From the NCBI GenBank assembly GCA_965217185.1, contig OZ244252.1, forward strand, positions 1,376,001 through 1,440,000: DNA of 64,000 nucleotides, in the 5' to 3' direction. Both the position numbers and the translations under genes were made by a program. The DNA is from an uncultured Candidatus Entotheonella sp. (GTDB lineage: Bacteria > Tectomicrobia > Entotheonellia > Entotheonellales > Entotheonellaceae). Shown here one piece after another: positions 51,269 through 61,000 of this stretch (position 1 is the stretch's first letter; the number at the start of each line of letters is the position of its first letter). Below the pieces are notes generated by a model. The model did not search any database and was not told where the DNA came from. It saw only the letters and a list, made by a program, of their open reading frames with translations.

Positions 51269-52841
51269 GAAACGTCGGTTGGCCCTGCAAGAGGCGCTCG
51301 ACGCGGGGAAAACGCAGGCGGAACGGAATCGTATGGGTCAGTTTTCGACCCCGACGAGACTAGCCGCCGACATTCTTCGCCATGCAGCGGCGCAACTCGG
51401 GGAAAGTGGGAAGATACGCTTCATTGACCCAGCCATTGGAACCGGGTCGTTCTATTCAGCCTTGCTTGACGTTTTTCCGAAAGACCGCGTCGATGACGCC
51501 TCAGGCTACGAGATCGACCCGCACTATGGGGTGCCGGCGGCCCACCTGTGGAGGGAAACCGGCTTGGATATGCGCCTGGAGGACTTCACGCAAGCGGAGC
51601 CGCCGCCGGATTTCGACAGGTTCAATCTGCTGATCTGTAATCCTCCTTACGTGCGGCATCATCATATTGGGACTGGAGAAAAACAGCGCCTGAAAATACG
51701 TGCGTATACGTCGTGCGGCGTGAAAATGAACGGTCTGGCCGGGCTGTATTGCTATTTCCTTGGTCTGAGCCATGCGTGGATGGTAGCAGGAGGTCTGGCC
51801 GGCTGGCTGATACCGAGCGAATTCATGGACGTAAACTATGGCGTTTCGGTCAAGCGCTATCTTCTCGACAAGGTGACGTTGCTGCAGATTCATCGTTTCG
51901 ATCCGAACGACGTGCAATTTGCCGACGCACTGGTGTCGTCCGCCGTGGTGTGGTTTCGCAAGCAAGCGCCGCGAGCCGGGCACCAGGTTCGGTTTACCTA
52001 CGGCGGGTCTTTGGAACGGCCGAAGTTGGAGCGCGTGGTGCCCGTGGAGACGTTGCGCCGCGACCCAAAGTGGACCCGGTACCCCGTGAAAGAGGGGTTT
52101 GAAGAGGTGGACACGCCGGTCCTGAGCGATTTCTTCACGATCAAGCGTGGCTTGGCGACGGGGAATAACCGGTACTTTATATTGTCGGCAGAAGAAATCG
52201 AGCGGCGTAAACTGCCCTTCTCGGCGTTTCGGCCCGTTTTGCCGAGTCCGCGTTATCTGCCGGAAAACGAGATTTTGTCGGACGAGAACGGAAACCCCGT
52301 ATTGGGCCGGCGCCTGTTCCTGCTCGACTGTCATTTGGAAGAAGAACAGATCAAAGGGAAATACCCGGCGCTGGGGGCGTATCTTGAGGAAGGCAAGGCA
52401 CAGGGCATTTCGGAACGTTATCTCTGTCGGCACCGGACACCCTGGTATGCGCAGGAAGACCGTCCACCGGCGCCGTTCGTATGCACCTATCTCGGCCGCA
52501 GTGACACGAAGAATGGCCGACCGTTTCGTTTCATACTCAATCACTCTCAGGCAACGGCTGCGAACGTGTATCTAATGCTTTATCCGAAAGAATCGCTCGC
52601 GGGTGTGCTCAAAGACAACCCGACCTTGAAGCGGCAGCTTTGGGAATTTCTGAACGCTATCAGCCCGAAAACAATGCTCGAAGGGGGGCGGGTGTACGGG
52701 GGCGGTTTGCACAAGCTGGAGCCGAAGGAACTCGGCAACGTGCCGGCCGGGGCAGTCTCGGAGTTGTTGCCGAAAGTTGTACCGACAAATCGGGAGAGGC
52801 AAGGCGATTTGTTCGTGAAACATCCGAACGAATGGCATTAA
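51240..52841 (+). CDS. N6-adenine DNA methyltransferase (gamma class, Eco57I-like), cognate of the REase
   Basis: GQFSTP, FIDPAIGTGSF, ICNPPY, GRVYGGGLHKLEPKEL. Confidence 0.92.
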   Translation: MNGKAVTELEKRRLALQEALDAGKTQAERNRMGQFSTPTRLAADILRHAAAQLGESGKIRFIDPAIGTGSFYSALLDVFPKDRVDDASGYEIDPHYGVPAAHLWRETGLDMRLEDFTQAEPPPDFDRFNLLICNPPYVRHHHIGTGEKQRLKIRAYTSCGVKMNGLAGLYCYFLGLSHAWMVAGGLAGWLIPSEFMDVNYGVSVKRYLLDKVTLLQIHRFDPNDVQFADALVSSAVVWFRKQAPRAGHQVRFTYGGSLERPKLERVVPVETLRRDPKWTRYPVKEGFEEVDTPVLSDFFTIKRGLATGNNRYFILSAEEIERRKLPFSAFRPVLPSPRYLPENEILSDENGNPVLGRRLFLLDCHLEEEQIKGKYPALGAYLEEGKAQGISERYLCRHRTPWYAQEDRPPAPFVCTYLGRSDTKNGRPFRFILNHSQATAANVYLMLYPKESLAGVLKDNPTLKRQLWEFLNAISPKTMLEGGRVYGGGLHKLEPKELGNVPAGAVSELLPKVVPTNRERQGDLFVKHPNEWH

Positions 52842-52914
52842 ATGGAGAACACATCCGGCCCGTTTTGAGTTGGCCCAATCAATTCATTTATACACCAATA
52901 TGGAGGAATGACGC

Positions 52915-54753
52915 ATGAACCGATTCGGATGGTGTCTTGTCATGGTGGCGCTCGTGCTGCCGGGAATCAGCGCGGGCCAGGATGGCGGCGAGGTGCATCG
53001 GGCGCACGCCATCGCCATGCACGGGACGCCGAAGTACGGCGCGGACTTTGAGCATTTCGAATACACCAATCCCGAGGCCCCAAAAGGCGGTAGGGTTGTC
53101 TTCAGTGCCTTCGGGAGCTTTGACAGCTTGCATCCATTCATATTGAAGGGACAATCGGCGGCCGGTGTTGGCAACCTGTTCGAGTCCCTCACCATGAGTT
53201 CGTCGGACGAGGCCTTCTCGCGCTACGGCCTGCTGGCGGAATCTATCGAGTGGCCGGAGGACCGCTCGTGGGTGGCCTACACCCTGCACCCGGAGGCGCG
53301 TTGGCACGACGGCCAGCCGGTGACGGTTGAGGACGTCATTTGGTCCCTGGAGACCCTGAAGTCGCAGGGGCACCCCGGCTTTCGACAGTATTTCGCCAAC
53401 GTTACCGGCGCCGAAAAAACCGGCCCGCGAACCGTGCGCTTCAGCTTCAGCGGCCCGACCAATCGCGAGTTGCCGCTCATCATTGGTGAGTTGCCCATCC
53501 TGCCCAAGCACTACTGGCAAGACCGCGACTTTCAGGCCACAACCCTGGAGGCGCCCCTCGGGAGTGGTCCCTACCGGGTGAAAGCGGTCGACCCGGGGCG
53601 GTCCATCACCTATGAACTCGACCCGAATTATTGGGGCAAGGACATGCCGGTGAACCGCGGCAAGGACAATTACGGCATCATGCACTACGAGTACTACAGA
53701 GACCGCGGCGTGCAGCGCGAGGCGTTCAAAGCCGGCAAGATCGACTTCTTCTCCGAAAACGTTGCCAAGGAATGGGCCACGGCGTACGACTTGTCGACGG
53801 TCAACAACGGCGTGATCAACAAACGCCTGATCCCGCACGAAAACCCGCAGGGCATGCAGGCGTTCGTCTTCAACACCCGGCGTGAGATGTTCAAAGATCG
53901 CCAAGTCCGCGCCGCGCTGGCCTACGCCTTCGATTTTGAGTGGACCAATCAGAACCTGTTCTACGGCGCCTACACGCGTACTAGAAGCTATTTTTCCAAC
54001 TCGGAGCTGGCGTCCAGCGATCTGCCGGGCGACGGCGAACTGGGCATCCTGGAACCCTACAGGGATCAATTGCCGCCCGAGGTGTTTACCGAGGCGTATG
54101 AGCCGCCCATGACCGATGGCAGCGGCAACCTGCGCGGCAATCTGCGCACCGCGCTGCGGCTCCTCAAAGGCGCCGGGTGGGATATTCAGGACGGCGCGCT
54201 GACGCACGGCGACAGCGGCCTCGTGATGCAGTTCGAAATCATGCTGATGTCGCCCGACTTCGAACGCGTGGTGCTGCCGTTCACCAAGAATCTGGAACGT
54301 CTGGGTATTGTGGCGGACGTGCGAACGGTGGACACGGCGCAATATCAGCAACGTATGGACAGTTTCGATTTCGACGTGGTCGTCGGCAGCTGGGGCCAGT
54401 CGCTGTCGCCCGGAAACGAGCAGCGCAACTATTGGCATTCACAGGCGGCGGAGATCCTGGGCAGCCGCAACACCGCGGGCATCCAGGATCCGGTTGTGGA
54501 TGGCCTGATCGAACTGGTGATTTCGGCGCCGGACCGCGAAAACCTGATTACCCGCACGCGAGCGCTGGACCGCGTGCTGCTGTGGAACTACTACGTCGTC
54601 CCGCACTGGCACCTGGCCGCCTACCGTGTGCTTTACTGGGACAAGTTCGGCACCCCGGAGATCATGCCGAAATACGACCTCGGCGTGCAGTACTGGTGGG
54701 TCGCCCCCGACCTGGACGCCAGTCTGGCCGAGCGCCGGGACGCCGTGCAATAG
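52915..54753 (+). CDS. yejA: Peptide ABC substrate-binding protein
   Basis: Signal peptide; HAIAMHGTPKY, NPEAPKGG, LGSGPY, FDFEWTN, SPGNEQR, RALDRVL. Confidence 0.92.
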   Translation: MNRFGWCLVMVALVLPGISAGQDGGEVHRAHAIAMHGTPKYGADFEHFEYTNPEAPKGGRVVFSAFGSFDSLHPFILKGQSAAGVGNLFESLTMSSSDEAFSRYGLLAESIEWPEDRSWVAYTLHPEARWHDGQPVTVEDVIWSLETLKSQGHPGFRQYFANVTGAEKTGPRTVRFSFSGPTNRELPLIIGELPILPKHYWQDRDFQATTLEAPLGSGPYRVKAVDPGRSITYELDPNYWGKDMPVNRGKDNYGIMHYEYYRDRGVQREAFKAGKIDFFSENVAKEWATAYDLSTVNNGVINKRLIPHENPQGMQAFVFNTRREMFKDRQVRAALAYAFDFEWTNQNLFYGAYTRTRSYFSNSELASSDLPGDGELGILEPYRDQLPPEVFTEAYEPPMTDGSGNLRGNLRTALRLLKGAGWDIQDGALTHGDSGLVMQFEIMLMSPDFERVVLPFTKNLERLGIVADVRTVDTAQYQQRMDSFDFDVVVGSWGQSLSPGNEQRNYWHSQAAEILGSRNTAGIQDPVVDGLIELVISAPDRENLITRTRALDRVLLWNYYVVPHWHLAAYRVLYWDKFGTPEIMPKYDLGVQYWWVAPDLDASLAERRDAVQ

Positions 54754-54754
54754 G

Positions 54755-55561
54755 ATGACACGGGCAGAGGAGGCCCGCCGAATGGCACAAGAAGAAGGCA
54801 CCAGACTCTCGCTGGCCGAGCAGGCGCGCACGTTGATGCACGTCGGGCGCGTCGGCATGCTGTCGACGCTGTCCGAGCGGCACCCCGACTGGCCGTTCGG
54901 CTCGGTGATGCCATACGGCCTGGACGATCAAGGCCGTCCCACGTTTTTGATCAGCTCGCTGGCGATGCACACCCGCAACCTGCAGCGCGACCCGCGGGCC
55001 AGCCTGCTGGTGGTCGAAGAAAGCGCGCACGAAGACCCGTTGGGGAGCGCGCGACTCACCCTGTTGGGCACCGTCGCCGAGGTGCCCGACGCCGACTTGG
55101 CAGCGGTGCGCGAGGGCTACCTGCAGCGGCATCCACAGTCCGAGATGTGGGTGGATTTCGGTGATTTCGCTTTCTACCGGATGGACATTGCCGAGCCGTA
55201 CTACGTGGGCGGCTTTGGCGTGATGGGATGGGTGACGGCCAACGATTATCTCGCCGCCGAGGCCGACCCGCTGGCGGACCTTGCGCCGAGCGTCATACAG
55301 CACATGAACGACGACCACGCCGAGGCGTTGGTGTTGATGGCGCGCCATTTCGCGGGTTGTGCCGCCGAGTCGGTCACGATGACCGGCGTGGACCGCTTGG
55401 GGTGTGACCTGCAAGCGGTGTTGAAGGATGAGGAACAAGGCTTGCGGGTATCGTTCATCCGGCCGGCGACCAACGGCAACGAGATCCGCAAGGTCTTGAC
55501 GGAGATGTCGCAGCAGGCGCGGGCCGCACTTGATCCCGGCGACAAGCCGGTCTCGCCATAA
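54755..55561 (+). CDS. HugZ-like split-barrel protein with a DUF2470-like C-terminal domain
   Basis: PFGSVMPY, ISSLAMHTRNL..DPRASL, YVGGFG, HMNDDH. Confidence 0.85.
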   Translation: MTRAEEARRMAQEEGTRLSLAEQARTLMHVGRVGMLSTLSERHPDWPFGSVMPYGLDDQGRPTFLISSLAMHTRNLQRDPRASLLVVEESAHEDPLGSARLTLLGTVAEVPDADLAAVREGYLQRHPQSEMWVDFGDFAFYRMDIAEPYYVGGFGVMGWVTANDYLAAEADPLADLAPSVIQHMNDDHAEALVLMARHFAGCAAESVTMTGVDRLGCDLQAVLKDEEQGLRVSFIRPATNGNEIRKVLTEMSQQARAALDPGDKPVSP

Positions 55562-55603
55562 CTGAGCGAGATTCGGTGCCACCACCCTTCTGAGGCAAGG
55601 GCG

Positions 55604-57967
55604 CTAAATTCGGTGAGCGGGATCCGGCGTTGAGGCAAGCCCGTTTTTGGCGCGTCTTGCGAGATAGCATCCCACCGCTGCTATCGTCATCGGCACCACG
55701 CCCAAGACGATGAAGACGAGATCTCCGGGAAGCCGCAGCCACTCCAGCGTTACCACCAGACGCTGATTCAGAAATGCCTCGCTTCGGGCATGCCAGTATC
55801 CGTTCTCGAGCACGTCGATGAGCTGAAGCACCCCAACAGGAAAGAGGTTGCTCAGTGACATGAGCGCCAGACCGATATTCAACCCCCAAAAACTCACTCG
55901 GACATAGCGCTCCAAACGATCCCACAGATCTACCGGCGCAGCCTGACGCAGCGCAAACACGGTCAGGGCCATGGCCAGCATGCCAAACACGCCCATCATG
56001 GCGGTATGCCCGTGGTTGGGCGTGAGGAGCGTACCCGCTTCGAAGTAACTGACGATCGGCAAATTGATCAGGAATCCGAAAATCCCCGCCCCCACAAAGT
56101 TCCAGAACCCAACCGAGATGAGAAAATAAAATGTCCATTTGTGGGGGACGGCAACCGACTCGCCACAGATATCGCACTCGGACCGCGTGAGCTTGATGAA
56201 ATCCCAGGCATCCAGGGTCAGGAGGGTGAGGGGCACGACTTCCAGTGCCGAAAACACGGCACCCAGTGCCATCGTAACCGTCGGGTGTCCGGTCCAGTAC
56301 CAATGATGCCCGGTGCCGATAAGGCCGCCGCCCAGATAGAGGATGGCGTCAAGGTAGACCACACGGGCTGCCGTCAGGGGTGTGATGAGACCCAGTTTGT
56401 TAAAGATGATTGCGACCATGACCGTGACGAACAATTCAAAGAAGCCTTCGACCCACAAATGGATGATCCAGAATCGCCAGGTATCAACGACCGAAAAGTG
56501 GCTGGAGCCATCAAAGAACATGGCCGGCAGGTAAAAAACGGGGATGGCCGCCGCCGTGTACAGAAACAGGGAGGCGATTTCTCCACCATCCGCCTGCTTA
56601 CGGGCCGGCGCCACGGCGCGGAACAGCAGGATGATCCAGAAGATCAGGGCGGCTGCGAGAAGAATCTGCCACAGGCGGCCCAGTTCGAGATACTCCCACC
56701 CTTGATGACCCAGCCAGTACCACACGTTGCCAAGGAGTTGATGGAGTCCGAGAAATTCACCCAGCATGCTCCCACCGACAACGACAACCAGGGCGCCAAA
56801 GAGGAGGTTGATACCCGGAACCTGCCCGCGGGGTTCGTGTCCGCCCATTGCATGAGCAAGCAGGAGCCCACCGGCCACATAGGCCGTTGCCACCCAGAAC
56901 ACGGCAAGTTGCAGATGCCAGGTACGGGCCAAGTGACTGGGCAACAGCGAAGAGACATCGAGCCCATAAAAGCTTCCCGGGTCCGCGCGATAGTGGGCCG
57001 TGGCGCCGCCTAACAGGGCCTGCGCCAGAAACAGGACCGTCACCAGAGCAAAGAATTTGAGGGTTGCCAACTGACTCGGGGTGAACTCGCCGGGCAGCAT
57101 CTGAGGATGGGCGTGGTCGGCGGCGCTTTTCCATCCCAAGTAGTCGAATTTGCCAAACACGAACAAAACCCCAGCGATTCCGCCGAGTAGTGCGATCAAA
57201 CTGAGAGCGCTCCAAAGGAGGGACTGGCCGGTGGGTGTATTCCCCGCCTCGGGTTCGTAAGGAAAGTTGTTGGTGTAGGAAGCTGAAGTACCCGGGCGCG
57301 TCGCAACTGACACCCAGGCCGTCCAGGCAAAAAAGGCCGTGAGCTGCCTTAGCTCTGAAGCGTCAGTAATGTATCCGCTCGGCAAACCTCGACTGCGGGC
57401 CGGGTGGGCAAAATAATCTCGCCAAATGCCGAGTTGCCGCTCGAAGGATTTGACTTCCGGTAAGGTGAATACCAGGGTTTCCGTGGCTGCGTCGTATCGA
57501 TTCTGCTTTAGGAGCAGGGCAGTTCCCTCGCTAACGGTTCGAGAGGCGGTCGAACCTGGCGGGGCATCAGCGGGTGCCGATAGGGCCAAGTAGTCTCGTG
57601 TGTCCTCGACCAGGTAGTGCAGGTAAGCGGCCGAGAAATCGGGTCCAAGGTAGCCGCCATGCCCCCAAATCGAGCCGTTATCCATGAGGCCGTACCTGAG
57701 AAAGATCCGTTGGCCGGCAACAATATCGTCTCGGTTGAAGAGCCCCTCCCCGGCTGGCCCCTGGACCGTCTCCGGGATAGGCGGCGCGTGGGAATAAGAC
57801 TGCACCGTCATCCAGATGAGGACGGCCAAGCCACCGATCAGGATCAAAATGACGGTGTGTTTCCACCAAGGCGAGAGCGTTTCTGGACTTGGGCTAGCTG
57901 TGTGCATCTGGAGGTATTTCCGGTTGGCATGGTTGTCTGGATGACACACTGTTCCCTGGGTCGCCAT
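55604..57967 (-). CDS. norB: Quinol-dependent nitric oxide reductase (qNor)
   Basis: GSIWGHG.Y.GPD, RTWHLQ, HLWVEGFFE, GTGHHWYW, ALEVVPL, NHGHTA, W.RLPGD. Confidence 0.95.
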   Translation of the reverse strand: MATQGTVCHPDNHANRKYLQMHTASPSPETLSPWWKHTVILILIGGLAVLIWMTVQSYSHAPPIPETVQGPAGEGLFNRDDIVAGQRIFLRYGLMDNGSIWGHGGYLGPDFSAAYLHYLVEDTRDYLALSAPADAPPGSTASRTVSEGTALLLKQNRYDAATETLVFTLPEVKSFERQLGIWRDYFAHPARSRGLPSGYITDASELRQLTAFFAWTAWVSVATRPGTSASYTNNFPYEPEAGNTPTGQSLLWSALSLIALLGGIAGVLFVFGKFDYLGWKSAADHAHPQMLPGEFTPSQLATLKFFALVTVLFLAQALLGGATAHYRADPGSFYGLDVSSLLPSHLARTWHLQLAVFWVATAYVAGGLLLAHAMGGHEPRGQVPGINLLFGALVVVVGGSMLGEFLGLHQLLGNVWYWLGHQGWEYLELGRLWQILLAAALIFWIILLFRAVAPARKQADGGEIASLFLYTAAAIPVFYLPAMFFDGSSHFSVVDTWRFWIIHLWVEGFFELFVTVMVAIIFNKLGLITPLTAARVVYLDAILYLGGGLIGTGHHWYWTGHPTVTMALGAVFSALEVVPLTLLTLDAWDFIKLTRSECDICGESVAVPHKWTFYFLISVGFWNFVGAGIFGFLINLPIVSYFEAGTLLTPNHGHTAMMGVFGMLAMALTVFALRQAAPVDLWDRLERYVRVSFWGLNIGLALMSLSNLFPVGVLQLIDVLENGYWHARSEAFLNQRLVVTLEWLRLPGDLVFIVLGVVPMTIAAVGCYLARRAKNGLASTPDPAHRI

Positions 57968-58064
57968 GAGAGAGTGTCACCTCTTATCCTGCAACTTCAA
58001 GCTCTCAGCAAGAAATTCCGTGGCATCGACCGATCCCGTAAGGCCCTCGCTATGAGCGTCAGGA

Positions 58065-61000
58065 TTAATAATCGATACGCCATAACAGATCGAGCGAGGT
58101 TTGCCCTTCGTCATTGCTGGTGCCCTTGAGCTTCACGTGGGGGCTCAGGCTGTACTCCACCCCCACGGTGTTGCGGCCTTCCTCGCCGAGTTGATGCTGA
58201 TAGGAGATAAACAAATCTTGTGTGACGTAGCGGCCGCCCCTCACGCTACCGCTACCAAACTCATCCTCCACGTCGACTTCCAGGGTGTCGAGTCCGAGGG
58301 TGCTGCCCACTCTCTTTTCCAGAAATTTCGAGATGACATTGCCCGCGACTTCTGCCGCGTGGCTGGAAAGAGCGGTTTTCTCCGAACCGCTCAGGCGGTC
58401 GCGGGTTTTGCCGAAGACAAGCAGCGACAAGATATCCTCTTCCGCAAGGTCCGGGGTGCTGCTGAAATTGAACTGGGGACGCTTGCTTTCGCCCTCGACA
58501 TGCAGGGCGATGCTGTAGCCAGAGACTTCGTGGCGGGCGACGACGTCGAGAAACGGGTTGAACTCGTTAGCTCCCGTAAACGTCATTTTGCCGCGTTCGA
58601 GGTCGAATTTTTTCCCCATGAAGCCGACAAACCCACGCACAGTTTCGGCGCTGCCTCCGATAACGAAAGGCTCGTCGAAGTTCTTGGCGACGAGAAACGA
58701 ACCCCGAAGCTCAAGGGCGGTTTCAGGGCCTACCAACCAGACGTTTTTGGGCATCCTGACGCTGAGTTCCGTTTGCAAATTCCGCGTGATGGACGATTCC
58801 GGCGCCGCCTTGTCGGCTTTCGTGGCATCGATCTCTCCTTCAGGGTCACCGCCGTAGACGCCTGGCACGGTCAGATCAGAGGGTGACACGGAGACCGGAC
58901 CGGCTCCGAAATCATCGATGCGAATTCGCGCCCGCGGAATGGTCAGGTCGCCCTTGACCGTGAGCGCATCCAAGGAGCCTTGGGCTTCGACGGCGCCCGT
59001 TAACCGGGCTTGGATGGAAGGCGTATTCATTGCGGTAAAGTCGTGAGCCTGCAAGGAAAGTTGCAGCTGTTCCAGGCCGCCTCCGGTGAACTCCAGCCAG
59101 CCGTTCACACCGACGGTTCCGGTCGTCGATGCCAGACGCAAATCATCAATATCCAGGCGGTTGTTCGCCAAGTTGAGCCGCGCCTGGATGTCGCGGTACG
59201 GCTCGCCGATGACGGCCAGCAGCAAGACGCCCTCACGCAGGGAAACGTTGCCGTGCAAGTCCGGGGCCTTGGCAGTACCGCCCACTCGCAACTGAGCATC
59301 CAGCCGACCGCTGCTTTCCTGGATCGCGTCGATGAAGGGAGCCAGCCTTGCGAGATCGAAGGATGACGAGGTTACTTTCAAGTCCAGAGGGTAATCGTTC
59401 TGGAGGCCCACCACGCCTTGCACGTCGAGAAGCGCCATGCTGCCGTTGTGCCACTGCAGATGGTTCTCGACCGTGCCATCTGCCAGCCCCAAATCGAGGC
59501 GGATTTCACCGAGGGATTGGTCGTTCCAAGTGAGGTCGCTTAGCTGCAAAACCCCAGCGGCTTCGGGGTGTTCCACACTACCCTTTGCGGTTAGGTGAAG
59601 GTTCATCCGCCCAGCCGCAGGCACGCCCGGCACAAAGGCTCGCAGCCACGGTTCGATTTCTACCTGGTTCAGGGAAAATGAGGCAGCGAGGGGGCCGGAG
59701 GGTCGCAGGGAACCGCTCGCGCGAATCGCCTGCTCACCGTATTGGAGATGGAAGTCCCGCAATAGAATCGTCCCGTTGGCCTGGCGAACCATCCGGATCG
59801 GGTTGGGATTCGTCCAGCGCCAGTGGCGATACTGCAGCCGCAAGGTGTCAAGTCTGACGTCCTGATCCTCCTGCAAGGCGACGTGCCCGGAGATGCGCGT
59901 CTGCCGGTAAGGACCATCGGTGACGGAGAAATCGACCTGAGCTTGTTGGTCACGGTAGCGCCCGTCGAACGTTACCGAGCTGGCCGGCAGAGCGCTGCCT
60001 TGAATGCCATCGAGGGAGGCGGTCAAGGTCGCCCGCGGATTTGTCGTCAATTCCTCTCCCTGGAACGTTACCCGAACGCGCTCACCTTGGAAGTCGCCAT
60101 AACGCCAATCGTCGAGTTGCATCTGACTCTGAGCCTGGAGGGCGTCGAGAGCCCCGCTGATCGAGCCGGTAAGGCCACCGTTGGCCCGGACCGGTGTGCC
60201 AAGTTGTGGCCCGAGCGGGGTGAGGTCTTTGAATAACACCTGGTAATCAGCTTGAAGTTGCCGCGTCTGCGATAACACGCCTGCCGCCGTGAGTTGCACG
60301 GGAATGCTGTCGAAGTGGAATTCATCGAGTGTCACGGCTGAACCGACCAGCGCGGCCCGCACGACACCCGACAACTCTGGCGCCAGATTGAAATCCTGGG
60401 AGTTGACGGCCAGGCGCAAGTCGGCCCGGCGCTCGGACTCGGAAAATCCGCTCCCCTTCAGAGACATCTGCGCATCGAACGTGCCGTCGGCAGTGGGCAG
60501 AAAAGTGGCGATGTCCAGGTCATTGAGCGTGATCTCGGCCGAGTACGCCGGGCGTTGCAGGTCGGCAGCCCCTTTCAGATGCACGTCGGTCTCCCCATAA
60601 CGCAGTTGCGCCATGAGCGTTGGCTCGGAGGCAGAGCCGCCAAGCTGCAGGGCACCCGTTACCTCACGAGAAAGCGAGGGCGGCCAAGAGGAGGCGAATT
60701 CAGCGAGATTCAAGCGAGGCACTTGAAGCCGCAGGTTGAACCTTCGATCAGCCAACGTCATCTGCCCTTGTCCTTCAATACGACTCTTCGGGGTGATGAT
60801 CCGAATCTGCCGCAGGTCGAACTGCGACGGGCTTATGTGAGCGGTTGCTGACAGCGTTGCCGAGGGTAGATCAAGGGCGTCGGTCGTAGCCTGAAAATGG
60901 TCAATGGTTGCCTGGAAGCCGTCGGGGCTCCAAGCCGCATTCGCTTGTAGGTGCAACTCTTTGACCGTGATGGGTTGCGCGGGTTGGTCCGGATCAGATG

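Noticed and set aside
52888..54438. Long antisense ORFs (also 5768-7000, 38953-40200, 44213-45205, 51501-52544)
   Set aside because: They are high-GC shadow frames opposite well-supported genes.
55604..57967. NO dismutase (Nod)
   Set aside because: The canonical qNor ligands HLWVEGFFE and GTGHH are intact.
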